Assembly (NCBI GenBank): GCA_963761335.1
Contig: CAVXGR010000005.1
Span: 32,001 to 96,000, forward strand
DNA length: 64,000 bases
Direction: 5' to 3'
Origin: an uncultured delta proteobacterium
GTDB taxonomy: Bacteria > Desulfobacterota > Binatia > HRBIN30 > BPIQ01
The translations under genes and the position numbers were made by a program. The number at the start of each line of letters is the position of its first letter. Position 1 is the stretch's first letter. The notes under the pieces were generated by a model that did not search any database, was not told the DNA's origin, and was given only the letters and a program-made list of their open reading frames with translations. Shown here one piece after another: positions 38,623-48,371 of the stretch.

Positions 38623-39756
38623 ATGGAGGGCCGCGCCCAGTTCGAGGTGATCATCGTCGGCAGCGGCATTGCCGGTGCCTCGCTGGCGTACTTTCTCGCC
38701 GAGCGCGGAGTGACCGACGTGCTGCTGCTCGAGCGCGAGGAGCAGCCCGGCTATCACTCCACCGGACGCAGCGCCGCGACGCTGGTCGAATGGGATCCCA
38801 TTCCGGCGCTGCAGCAGCTGAAGGCGCTCGCCGCCGGCTTCTTCCGCGATCCACCGGCCGGCTTCTCGGACCACCCCGTGCTGCAGCCGTCGGGAATTCT
38901 GGTGACCTTTCAGGAGCCGGCGTGGAGCGCGATCCAGAACTTCCTGCCGGCGGTTGCGGCGCAGGGGACGGCGATCGAATCGCTCAGCCTCGAGCAGGTG
39001 CTGGCGCGAATCCCCGTTCTGTCGCCCGAATACCTCGACGGCGGCGTCCTCTTGCCGGAGGACGGTCACATCGACGTGCACGAGCTGCTGTGGAGCTACC
39101 TGCGCCACGCCGCTCGCCGCGGCGTCGAGCGTCGCTGCGGCGTCGAGGTCTCCGGAATCCGCGTCGAGAGCGGCCGCTGTCGCGGGGTGGAGACGAATGC
39201 GGGGAGCTTCTCGGCGCGATGGGTGGTCGACGCCGCCGGCGCCTGGGCCGGGCGGATTGCGGCGCTTGCCGGCGCGGCGCCGATCGCGATCACACCATGC
39301 CGGCGGACGATCATCACCTTCGCGGCGCCGGACGATCTCGATGTCCGCGGCTGGCCGCTGGTCACCAACGAGTCGCACCGCCTCTACTTCGGGCCCGAGT
39401 CCGGCGGCCTGCTCGCCAGCCCCATGGACGAAGATCCGATGGAGCCGTGCGACGCGCGTCCCGACGACCTCGTGGTCGCCGAGGCCATGCACCGTCTCGC
39501 CAAGCTGGCGCCCCGCCTCGCCCCCAGATCGATTCGGCGCAAGTGGGCGGGGCTGCGGACGTTTGCGCCCGATCGCGTGCTGGTGATCGGCGAGGACCCT
39601 CTGGTCAAGGGCTTCTTCTGGCTGGCGGGACAGGGTGGGTGCGGGATCGAGACCAGCCCCGCCGCCGGCCAGATCGCCGCCGATCTCCTCGTCGACGGCC
39701 GCACCGAGCGCTACGACGCAGCCCAGCTGTCGCCGTCGCGATTCGGTGCCGGCTGA
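38623..39756 (+). CDS. FAD-dependent oxidoreductase (DAO/DadA family)
   Basis: IVGSGIAG, HSTGRSAA, WAGLRTFAPD, GQGGCGI. Confidence 0.9.
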   Translation: MEGRAQFEVIIVGSGIAGASLAYFLAERGVTDVLLLEREEQPGYHSTGRSAATLVEWDPIPALQQLKALAAGFFRDPPAGFSDHPVLQPSGILVTFQEPAWSAIQNFLPAVAAQGTAIESLSLEQVLARIPVLSPEYLDGGVLLPEDGHIDVHELLWSYLRHAARRGVERRCGVEVSGIRVESGRCRGVETNAGSFSARWVVDAAGAWAGRIAALAGAAPIAITPCRRTIITFAAPDDLDVRGWPLVTNESHRLYFGPESGGLLASPMDEDPMEPCDARPDDLVVAEAMHRLAKLAPRLAPRSIRRKWAGLRTFAPDRVLVIGEDPLVKGFFWLAGQGGCGIETSPAAGQIAADLLVDGRTERYDAAQLSPSRFGAG

Positions 39757-39767
39757 CGCGCGCGCGA

Positions 39768-39937
39768 GGGTGCAGAGGCCTGTGTCAAAACCGCGCCCGC
39801 GCCCCTGGCGGGGCGCCGACGGACGTCGACTTCGGTGGCCCCGGGTCCCCGACCGGGGCTACACGCCTCCGCCCCTCCGCGGCGAATGATCACCGGGCTC
39901 CCGGCCACAGATGCGACCTGGGGAATTCGGGTTTCAC
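39768..39937 (+). repeat. ~170-bp REP-containing element, inverted copy of 42276-42447
   Basis: GGGTGCAGAGGCCTGTGTCAAAACCGCGCCCGCGCCCCTGGCGGGGCGCC...CCCGGCCACAGATGC aligns with the reverse complement of 42276-42447. Confidence 0.85.
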
Positions 39938-39949
39938 CTCGCCGCGCGC

Positions 39950-42145
39950 TCACTTCGACTCCTTGGTCGCCTCGCGTCTTCTCGCCACCTGGATGTTGGT
40001 CACCTGAAGCGCGGCGCGATAGCGCCACAGGTGCGCGTCGTAGGACTTGCCCGCCGCGGCCCAGTGGTGGGCGATCTCCGGTGCGCGCTCGCCGAGCCGG
40101 TCGGGGTGCTGCGACATCAGGGCGCGCGCCACCGCTTCGTGCGTGTGCGTGCGGCGTGCCTGCAACAGCGAGCTGTAGGCGACCTCCTGGGTCAGGGGAT
40201 GGCGGAAGCGGTAGGCGCCGGCGTCGTCGATGCGATCGAGGAGGTCCGCATCGCAAAGCATGGAGAGGGCGCCGTCGAGCCGGTCGCCGCCCGCCCACGC
40301 CACCGCGTGCTCCGCATCCCCCTGGGAGACCTCGTCGAGCAGGCTCCGCGAGAAGCGGCGTCCGATGACCGCCGCGGTCAGGAGCGCGAGCTTGGCCGTT
40401 TCCGGCAGGCGATCGATGCGCGAGGCGATCAGCGCCTCGAGGCTGGGAGGCACGCGGCGCGCCAGATCTTCCCAGTCGAATGGTCGTCGCAAGGAATACC
40501 TTCCCGGGCTGCCCGGGTCGCGAACGAGGAGACCTTCTTCGGCCAGCGATTGCGCGATCTGCTCGAGAAAAAAGGGATTGCCGTCGGCGCGCTCGCGGAT
40601 CGCCGCACGCAGGCCGGCGCTGGCGCCGTCGTCGCCGAGCATCGAGCCGAGCAGCTGGTCGCAGACGGCCGTGGAGAGAGGCCGCAGGTCGAGACGCCGG
40701 TAGTAGGAGACGTCGTGGCGGCGCGGCGTGTAGTCGGGACGGAAGTTGAGCAGCAGCAGTGTGCGGGTCCAGCCGAGAGCCTCGACGAGATGAGAGAGGA
40801 TCTCGTCGCTCTCCGCATCGAGCCAGTGGGCGTCATCGACGAGCAACAGGAGCGGCGCCACGGCGCTCTGCGCCTGCACCAGGCGGCGAGACAGCTCGAT
40901 CAGCCGCAGCCGCCGCTCGGGCGCCTCGGGCACCGCGTGGCCGCGCGGCGGAAAGCCGAGCGCTTCCAGCAGCGGCGCGATCTGCATGCGGCTGCCGAGC
41001 CCGCGCAGGCGCTGCGTCACGCGCTCGCGCACCTGCCGCGGCGTATCCTTGGCGCCGACTCCGAAGTAGCTGCGCAGCAGCTCGACGATCCCGAAGAAGG
41101 GCAACGAGGGGGCGTGGGACGGGCAGTGCGCCTCGGCGATCGCCGTAGCGGCGGAGCGATTCGAGTCGACGAACTCCTGGCAGAGTCGGCTCTTGCCGAT
41201 GCCCGCCGGGCCGACGACGCCGACGATCTGGCCGTGACCAGTGAGGGCGCGGTCGAAGGCGCGCTGCAGATCCGCCCACTCCTCGGCACGACCGAGGAGC
41301 GGGCGCAGACCGCGCCACCGCGCCGCATCCAGCCGCGTGCGCAGAGGTCCCTCGCCGAGCAGCGCAGAGGCGCGCAGCGACTCGTCGGCGCGCTTGCCGG
41401 CAACGGCGCCCAGATCCTCGAGCTCGAAGAAGCCCGCGGCCATCGCCGCGGTGGTGTCGCTGAGGAGGATCTGCTCGGCGGCCGCCGCCTGCTCCATGCG
41501 CGCCGCCAGTCCGACGGTGACCCCCTGAGCCGTGTAGTCCATGCGCAGGTCGTCGCCGATCTTGCCGACCACCACCTCGCCGGAGTTGAGCCCCATGCGC
41601 ACGCGCACGCGGATGCCGTGCGTCCGCCGCAGCTCGTCATTCCACAGATGCAGGCGCCGGCGCAGCTCGAGCGCGGCGTGACAGGCCTTCTGGGCGTGGT
41701 CCTCCACCGCCAGCGGCGCGCCGAAGAGGGCCATGACGCCGTCGCCGGTGTACTGGTTGATCGTCCCCTCGAAGCGATGGATCCCCTCGGCGAGAAGCAG
41801 GAAGAATTGGTCGAGAAGGCGATGCCACGGCTCGGGTCCGAGCTGGTCGGCGAGCTTCATCGAGCCGGCGACGTCGAGAAACAGCACGGTCACCTGCTTG
41901 CGCTCTCCCTCGAGGCTGGCGCGAGAGGTGAGGATTCTCTCCACCAGGTGCCGCGGCGTGTACGATGCCGAGGGAGTCGTGCGCGGCCGCAGGGCCAGAC
42001 CACACTGGCTGCAGAAGTTACCGTCGGCCGGATTGCGACGGCCGCAGCTGGCGCAGAGGCGCAGCAGCTCGGCGCCGCAGCCCGAACAGACGGTTGCCGA
42101 CGCGGGGTTCGACCGCGAGCACGCGGCGCACTCGAGTGCGTTCAT
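39950..42145 (-). CDS. Double zinc ribbon + class III nucleotide cyclase + AAA/STAND ATPase protein
   Basis: CxxC pairs, YTPRHLVERI, GERKQVTVLFLD, YTGDG, Walker A GPAGIGKS, VDDAHWLD, GNPFFLE, FRHPLTQEVAY. Confidence 0.9.
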   Translation of the reverse strand: MNALECAACSRSNPASATVCSGCGAELLRLCASCGRRNPADGNFCSQCGLALRPRTTPSASYTPRHLVERILTSRASLEGERKQVTVLFLDVAGSMKLADQLGPEPWHRLLDQFFLLLAEGIHRFEGTINQYTGDGVMALFGAPLAVEDHAQKACHAALELRRRLHLWNDELRRTHGIRVRVRMGLNSGEVVVGKIGDDLRMDYTAQGVTVGLAARMEQAAAAEQILLSDTTAAMAAGFFELEDLGAVAGKRADESLRASALLGEGPLRTRLDAARWRGLRPLLGRAEEWADLQRAFDRALTGHGQIVGVVGPAGIGKSRLCQEFVDSNRSAATAIAEAHCPSHAPSLPFFGIVELLRSYFGVGAKDTPRQVRERVTQRLRGLGSRMQIAPLLEALGFPPRGHAVPEAPERRLRLIELSRRLVQAQSAVAPLLLLVDDAHWLDAESDEILSHLVEALGWTRTLLLLNFRPDYTPRRHDVSYYRRLDLRPLSTAVCDQLLGSMLGDDGASAGLRAAIRERADGNPFFLEQIAQSLAEEGLLVRDPGSPGRYSLRRPFDWEDLARRVPPSLEALIASRIDRLPETAKLALLTAAVIGRRFSRSLLDEVSQGDAEHAVAWAGGDRLDGALSMLCDADLLDRIDDAGAYRFRHPLTQEVAYSSLLQARRTHTHEAVARALMSQHPDRLGERAPEIAHHWAAAGKSYDAHLWRYRAALQVTNIQVARRREATKESK

Positions 42146-42210
42146 GTCGCTCCCGGAGACCGCGGGATCATCGGCGCTTTGACCGTCCCGGTCAAGGAGC
42201 CGCTCCTTCG

Positions 42211-42629
42211 GGTAGTGGGGGATTTTGAAATGAAACGCGGTCACCTTCGGTCCACCACAACCTCCGCTTCGTTGAGTTGAACCCGACTTCCCGAGGTTGC
42301 ATCTGTGGCCGGGAGCTCGGAGATCGTTCGCCCCGGAGGGGCGCGGGCGTGTAGCCCCGGGTCGCAGACCCGGGGATCCCGAAGTCGACGTCGGTTGGCG
42401 CCCCGCCAGGGGCGCGGGCGCGGTTTTGACACAGGCCTCTGCACCCGGGGTTGTACACCTGCGCCCCTGGCGGGGCGCATCGGGGAAGGCGGACCCGGAA
42501 TCCCCGGGTCTATGACCCGGGGCTACATGCCTGCGCCGCTTCGCGGCGCGATCCCCCAGCCCAAGTTTGGTCGTGGGGGATTTGTTGGTGAAGTAATTTT
42601 GAAACGCGGTTGATCTCAAGATCCACCAC
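42211..42629. repeat. Composite REP/MITE cluster bracketed by two similar hairpins
   Basis: GTGGGGGATTT...TGAAACGCGGT...TCCACCAC at 42211-42258 and 42569-42629 flank REP units. Confidence 0.7.
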
Positions 42630-42744
42630 TACTCTCCTTCGGAGAGGAGTGCGGGAGCACGGCTTGCGCACTCCATTGGGCGCGAAAATATCTCTTGAGG
42701 AGGCTCCGCGGGCTCTGCTAGGCTCCGCTTCTCCAAGTGGTCCT

Positions 42745-43749
42745 ATGGATAGGCCCGGACGTCTCTTGCAGGTCGCCGTTGGCGCGGCGGCGCTGCTGAT
42801 TCTGACTGGCGATGCCGGCGCCGCCGAGTCGCTGCAGACGGGAAGCGCCGGTGTGCTGCGGCTCGCCAGCGACGCCCCAGCTCCGGCCCCGAAGCCGCAC
42901 CATCGCGTCGTTTCCGGGGGCGTGGCGCGCTCGGACCGCACGCCGGATCAGCTCGGCGATGCGGAGGTCACGGCCATGTGGGCGCGCGGCCTGGCGCTGG
43001 AGCGGCGCAACGACTTTCTCGCCGCCAGCTCTGCCTGGGAGCCGATCACGGCGCGATATCCGCAGGAGTCGCATGCCTACTGGCGCATTGCCCGCAACTA
43101 CTTTCGCGCCGCGCAGGTGTTGCCGCCGGACCAGGCGGAGCGCCAGAAGAGCTTGTACCTGCTGGCCGAGCAGTGGGCGGATCGCGGCATCGCCGTCGAT
43201 CCGCGCTGCGGCGAGTGCTACCTGTACAAGCTGGCCGGGCTCGGCCGGCGCCTGGCCCTCGGCAACATGATCACCGCGGCACGGCACGCGTCGGAGATCG
43301 CCTCTCTGCTCGACCGCGCTCTCGAGCTGCGCCCCGCCTTTCGCGACAACGCCTGGAACAGCGAGCTCGGCAACGTCTACTACGCCGCCGCCGCCTTCTA
43401 CCGCATTCTCCCCGATTGGCGCTGGCTCTCCTGGGCCATCGGCGTGCGCGGCGACAAGCGCCGCGCCCTCGACTACATCCGCAAGGCCAATGAGATCTCC
43501 CGCGACCGGGTCGACTACCACGTCGCTCTCGGCGCCACGCTGCTCTGTGTCGGCCGCGACGAGGACGACCGGCGCCTGACGCAGGAAGGCGTCGACGTTC
43601 TCCGCAACGTTCGCGTGCTGCCCACCCACCTCGACACCGATGCCATCGACCGCCGCATCGCCGGCGAGCTGATCTCGCAGCCGGATCGCGCCTGCGGCTA
43701 CACCAGCCACGACTGGATCGACGTCGACAAGGAGCTGAAGGCCGGGTAA
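42745..43749 (+). CDS. Secreted TPR-like helical protein
   Basis: Signal-like N-terminus; AYWRIARNY and LDRALELRP TPR-like helices. Confidence 0.65.
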   Translation: MDRPGRLLQVAVGAAALLILTGDAGAAESLQTGSAGVLRLASDAPAPAPKPHHRVVSGGVARSDRTPDQLGDAEVTAMWARGLALERRNDFLAASSAWEPITARYPQESHAYWRIARNYFRAAQVLPPDQAERQKSLYLLAEQWADRGIAVDPRCGECYLYKLAGLGRRLALGNMITAARHASEIASLLDRALELRPAFRDNAWNSELGNVYYAAAAFYRILPDWRWLSWAIGVRGDKRRALDYIRKANEISRDRVDYHVALGATLLCVGRDEDDRRLTQEGVDVLRNVRVLPTHLDTDAIDRRIAGELISQPDRACGYTSHDWIDVDKELKAG

Positions 43750-43772
43750 GTCGACCGAAGGGGACAGTGCGT

Positions 43773-44220
43773 CATGAGCCTTACGGCTCACCAATAGACG
43801 ATGAAAATGAGGCTGGGGATCTGCGCCGGCAAGAGACTTGGAGGTTCTCGCCCGGGCGAAGTTCGCCCCGGAGGGGCGGTGGCGTGTAGCCCCGGGTGAA
43901 ACCCGGGGAAAAATGCGCGCTCCGTCAGGCGCGCCCCGCCAGGGGCGTGGGCAAGTTTTGGTCGATGTCACGCCTGTACGCCGATGATCACCGCTGGGTG
44001 CGTGGGTAGCTCATCGACGTGATTCACGCGGCCTCTACGCCTGCGCCCCTCCGGGGCGCAGATCTGGGCCAATCGGAACGCGGTCCCCGGGTTAACACCC
44101 GGGGCTACATGCCTGCGCCCCTCCGGGGCGATACGCCTCCACGCCAAGCGCCGGGGCTGCGCCAGACCCTTCGGGGCGATAAGCCTCCATACCGAGCGCC
44201 GGTGCGCTCCGCCAGACCTT
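43773..44220 (+). mobile_element. MITE/BIME-like element, inverted partial copy of 49641-49943 with a ~90-bp insert and a terminal duplication
   Basis: CATGAGCCTTACGGCTCACCAA end and internal REP units match the reverse complement of 49.66-49.94 kb. Confidence 0.65.
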
Positions 44221-44395
44221 CACCCAACAGATTTTCGAAGCAGGCACCTTTTCGGCAGCGGACGCCGAAAGCATCAGTGAAGTGCCGTTGCGCCGAAAAG
44301 GAGCCAGTCTTCTTGTGTGCAACCTACCGAGGCAAGGCTCGCGCTGCCGGCGCGCTTTGCGCTATGTCTCTTCCAATTTTCCCTGGAGGACTGCC

Positions 44396-45802
44396 GTGGA
44401 CGAGCTTATGAAGATGCCGCTGACCGATCTCGCCGAGCGCCTGGCGCGACGTCGGCTGTCGCCCGTCGAGCTGATGGAGGCGACCCTGCGCCGCATCGAC
44501 GAGACCAACGACCGTCTGAACGCCTTCGTGGCCAGGCGCGATGCAGCCGACCTGCTCGACGAGGCGCGGCGGGCGGAGGCGCGTCTCGGCCGCGGCGAAG
44601 GGCGGCCCCTCGAAGGTATTCCGCTGGGCGTCAAGGACCTCGAGGACGTGGCCGGCATGATTACCTCGCACGGCTCGCGCGCCTTTCGCGACAACCTTGC
44701 GGCGTGCGACTCGATCCAGGTGGGGCGTCTCAAGGCCGCCGGCACCATCGTCGTCGGCAAGATGAACACGCCGGAGTTCGGCGCCACGGCGATCACCAAG
44801 AACCCGCTCTTCGGCACGACGCGCAATCCGTGGGACCTGGAGCGCACTCCCGGCGGCTCGAGCGGCGGGGCCTCGGCGGCGATCTGCGGCGGCGTCGTTG
44901 CCATCGCCACCGCCGGCGACGGCGGCGGCTCGATCCGCATTCCCGCCTCGTTCACCGGCTGCTTCGGGCTCAAGACCAGCTACGGCCGCGTGCCGCGCGG
45001 CCCGGAGCCGCTGTGGATCACCGGCGACACGGCGGTGTGGGGACCGCTGACGCGCACGGTCGAGGACGCAGCTCTGCTTCTCGACCTCACCGCCGGGCCC
45101 CATCCGCTCGATCCGAAGTCGCTGCCGCCGGCGGGGCTCTCGTATCGCGACGAGCTGCGCCGTCTGCCGCGCCAGCTGCGTCTCGCCTTCTCGCCCGACC
45201 TCGGCTACGCCGTGGTGCAGCGCGACGTCGCCGCAGCGGTGGAGAGGGCGGCGCGCGCCTTCGAGGACCTCGGCTACCCCGTCGATGTCATTGCCGGCGG
45301 GCCGCCGGAGCTGGGGATCGACTGGGGAATGGTCGGGGCCTTCGAGCTCTACGGCGAGCTGGAGCCGCGCTTTGCGGAGCGCGAAGCCGATTTCGGCCGC
45401 GGGTTCATCCGGGCCATTCGCAACGGCAGCCACATGACGCCGGCGTTCTGGACGGCGGCGCGCCGTCGCCGCGGTGAGCTGAACGAGTGGTGCGCGGAGA
45501 TCTTCTCGCAATATGACCTGCTGCTGACGCCGACGGTTCCCTTCGATCCGCCGCCTGCGGGCGGTCCACTGCCGCGCGAGATCGAGGGTCGCCCCCAGCC
45601 GGCGGCCAACGTCGGCTCCTTCACCATTCCCTTCAATCTGTCGTGGCACCCCGCCGCCACCGTGCGCGCCGGTCTCTCCCCGGCCGGACTGCCGGTGGGC
45701 CTGCAGATCGTCGGCCCGCGCCATCGCGACGACCTCGTCCTGCAAGCCGCTTGGGCATACGAGCAGGCGCGTCCGTGGATGTCGGAGTGGCCGGCGCTGT
45801 GA
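44396..45802 (+). CDS. Amidase signature family protein
   Basis: GVKD, GKMNTPEFG, TPGGSSGG, GDGGGSIRIPA; GTG start after GGAGGA. Confidence 0.92.
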   Translation: MDELMKMPLTDLAERLARRRLSPVELMEATLRRIDETNDRLNAFVARRDAADLLDEARRAEARLGRGEGRPLEGIPLGVKDLEDVAGMITSHGSRAFRDNLAACDSIQVGRLKAAGTIVVGKMNTPEFGATAITKNPLFGTTRNPWDLERTPGGSSGGASAAICGGVVAIATAGDGGGSIRIPASFTGCFGLKTSYGRVPRGPEPLWITGDTAVWGPLTRTVEDAALLLDLTAGPHPLDPKSLPPAGLSYRDELRRLPRQLRLAFSPDLGYAVVQRDVAAAVERAARAFEDLGYPVDVIAGGPPELGIDWGMVGAFELYGELEPRFAEREADFGRGFIRAIRNGSHMTPAFWTAARRRRGELNEWCAEIFSQYDLLLTPTVPFDPPPAGGPLPREIEGRPQPAANVGSFTIPFNLSWHPAATVRAGLSPAGLPVGLQIVGPRHRDDLVLQAAWAYEQARPWMSEWPAL

Positions 45803-45932
45803 TGCGGTACGCGGGGGACAGGCAACTTTTGCGGACGAGATCGTTGCCATCGTAAGGCTTCGAGGAGCAAAAGTAGCCTGTCCCCGGCCTCCGGCCGTTT
45901 CGTTCTCGCCACGATCCGGGCAAGATCGTCGG

Positions 45933-48200
45933 ATGTTGTCGGTCGCACTGTTGGCAACGGGCCTGATCGCTGCCACCTCCCCAACCCCGCCCGCATCTCC
46001 CGCCTTCGTCGGCAGCGGCAGCTGCAAGCCCTGCCATGCGACGCAGTACGATTCCTGGCAGGGCTCCAATCACCAGCGGGCCATGCAGCCGGCGAATCGC
46101 CAGACGGTGCTCGGCGATTTCGGCGGCGTCCGCTTCACCCAGTTCGGCGTCACCTCGCGCTTCTATCGGAAGGACGGCAAGCTCTTCGTGCACACCGAGG
46201 GCGCCGACGGCAAGCTCGGTGACTTCGAGGTTGGCTACACCTTCGGCGTCGAGCCCCTGCAGCAGTACCTGATCCCGTTCCCGGGCGGCCGGCTGCAGAG
46301 CCTGACGATCGCCTGGGATACACGCCCCAGAGAGCAGGGCGGACAGCGCTGGTTCTCGCTGTACCCGGACGAGAAGATCCCTCGCGGCGATCCGCTGCAC
46401 TGGACCGGATCGAGCCAGAACTGGAACTACATGTGCGCCTTCTGCCATGCGACCAATCTGCAGAAGGGCTTCGATCCGCAGACGAATCGCTACGACACGA
46501 CCTGGTCGGAGCTCGGCGTCGGCTGCGAAGCCTGCCACGGCCCGGGATCAGCCCATGTCGCCTGGGCCCAGGCAAAGCCGGATGGGGGCGATGCGCAGCC
46601 CAACGCTTCCGGCGACGGTCTCGTCGTCCACCAGCCGCGGCGCGACCCCACCCGCTGGGTCATCGATCCGCAGACCGGCAATGCCCGCCCCCAGGCGCCA
46701 CGGCAGAGTCGCGTCGTTCTCGATACCTGCGCGCCGTGTCACTCGCGCCGCACCCTCATCGCCGCCGACCCGCGGCCGGGCCAGCCGCTGATGGACGCGT
46801 ACCTGCCGGCGCTCCTGACCGAAGGGGTGTACCGCGCCGACGGGCAGGTGGAAGCCGAGGACTACGAGTACGGTTCGTTCCTGCAGAGCCGCATGTATCG
46901 CGACGGGGTGACCTGCAGCGACTGCCACGAGCCGCACAGCCAGAAGCTGCGCGCCCCGGGCAACGCGGTGTGCGCGCGGTGCCATCTGGCGAGCAAGTAC
47001 GACGACCCGAAGCACCACTTCCATGCGCGCGGCTCGAAGGGCGCGAGCTGCGCCGGATGTCACATGCCGACGCGGACCTACATGATCGTCGACCCGCGGC
47101 ACGACCACAGCCTGCGCATCCCGCGGCCGGACCAGTCGGAGAGCCTCGGTGTCCCCAACGCCTGCAACGGCTGTCACGCGGATCGCGACGCCCGCTGGGC
47201 GCGCTCGAAGGTGCGCGAGTGGTACGGGCGCGATCCACGCGGCTACCAGACCTATGCGGGGGCGCTGCACGCCGGACGCGCCGGCGCCGCGGATGCGGAG
47301 TCGCAGCTCCGCGAGCTCGCCGGCGATACCGCGCAGCCGGGAATTGCCCGCGCCACGGCGCTCACGCTGCTGCGTGCCTACCTGACGCCGGCCAGCATCG
47401 GCGTCGTCCGCGCGGCGCTGGGAGACGGGGATCCGCTGGTCCGCCGCGCCGCCATCGATGCCCTGGAAGCCGTGCCGCCGCCGCCGCAGCGGCTGGCGAT
47501 GCTGGCGCCGTCGCTGGACGATCCGGTGCGCGGCGTGCGCATCGAAGCGGCGCGCCTGCTGGCGCCGCTGGCGACGAGCGCCGTGCCGGCCGAGCAGCGC
47601 GCCGCAATCGCCCGCGGCGTCGGCGAGTACGTCGAAGCGCAGCGTCTGAACGCCGACCGGCCCGAGGCGCGCGTCAGCCTGGGAGCCCTGTATGCGGAGG
47701 GCGGCCGGTACGCTGCCGCCGAAGCCGAGTACGAGAAGGGGATCGAGCTGGGGCCGTGGTTCACCCCCGCCTACGTCAACCTCGCCGATCTCTACCGCGT
47801 GCAGCAGCGCGACGGGGACGGGGAGCGCCTGCTGCGTCGAGGGCTGGCGCGCATGCCCGCCGACGCCGCCCTGCATCACGCTCTCGGCCTGCTGCTGGTG
47901 CGCGAGAAGAAGCTGCAAGCGGCTATTGACGAGCTCCGGCAGGCGGCGCGGCTGCGGCCCGAGGAGGCGCGTTACAGCTATGTTCTCGGCATCGCCCTCA
48001 ACTCGGCGGGCAATTCCGGGGAGGCGCTGGAGGTGCTGCGCGCGGCGCACGAGCGCCGCCCCGCCGACGTCGAGCTGCTGCGCGCCCTGGCGACGATCAG
48101 CCGCGATCACGGCGATACAGCGGAGGCGCAGAAATATGCGCGGGAGCTGGCGGCGCTCGCTCCGGATGACCCGGTCGCCCGCCAGCTCGGCGGCCGCTGA
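45933..48200 (+). CDS. Octaheme c-type cytochrome with C-terminal HEAT and TPR repeats
   Basis: Eight CxxCH motifs (CKPCH, CAFCH, CEACH, CAPCH, CSDCH, CARCH, CAGCH, CNGCH), signal peptide, D.DPLVRRAA and AYVNLADLY. Confidence 0.88.
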   Translation: MLSVALLATGLIAATSPTPPASPAFVGSGSCKPCHATQYDSWQGSNHQRAMQPANRQTVLGDFGGVRFTQFGVTSRFYRKDGKLFVHTEGADGKLGDFEVGYTFGVEPLQQYLIPFPGGRLQSLTIAWDTRPREQGGQRWFSLYPDEKIPRGDPLHWTGSSQNWNYMCAFCHATNLQKGFDPQTNRYDTTWSELGVGCEACHGPGSAHVAWAQAKPDGGDAQPNASGDGLVVHQPRRDPTRWVIDPQTGNARPQAPRQSRVVLDTCAPCHSRRTLIAADPRPGQPLMDAYLPALLTEGVYRADGQVEAEDYEYGSFLQSRMYRDGVTCSDCHEPHSQKLRAPGNAVCARCHLASKYDDPKHHFHARGSKGASCAGCHMPTRTYMIVDPRHDHSLRIPRPDQSESLGVPNACNGCHADRDARWARSKVREWYGRDPRGYQTYAGALHAGRAGAADAESQLRELAGDTAQPGIARATALTLLRAYLTPASIGVVRAALGDGDPLVRRAAIDALEAVPPPPQRLAMLAPSLDDPVRGVRIEAARLLAPLATSAVPAEQRAAIARGVGEYVEAQRLNADRPEARVSLGALYAEGGRYAAAEAEYEKGIELGPWFTPAYVNLADLYRVQQRDGDGERLLRRGLARMPADAALHHALGLLLVREKKLQAAIDELRQAARLRPEEARYSYVLGIALNSAGNSGEALEVLRAAHERRPADVELLRALATISRDHGDTAEAQKYARELAALAPDDPVARQLGGR

Positions 48201-48371
48201 AGGCATCGCGGCGCCGGGAGCGCGGCCATCCTGGCCGCCTTGTCTTTTGACGATCAATTCCGGGACGGCCACGCTCCCGGGCTCGCTTCGCAAACCTTTC
48301 GACATCCAGCGAATCACCCTGGCGCCGGCACTTGGGCTTGCCTAGGCTCTGGCGCTCGAATCGGCACTCGC

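Noticed and set aside
39911..42280. 789-aa plus-strand ORF and similar long shadows (1370-3562, 44324-46069, 46548-48317, 60070-61770)
   Set aside because: Each is antisense to a well-supported gene and has no recognisable motifs.
48326..48341. sigma54-like motif CGGCAC-TTGGGC-TTGC before the MFS gene
   Set aside because: The GG-to-GC spacing is one base too long, and sigma54 spacing is strict.
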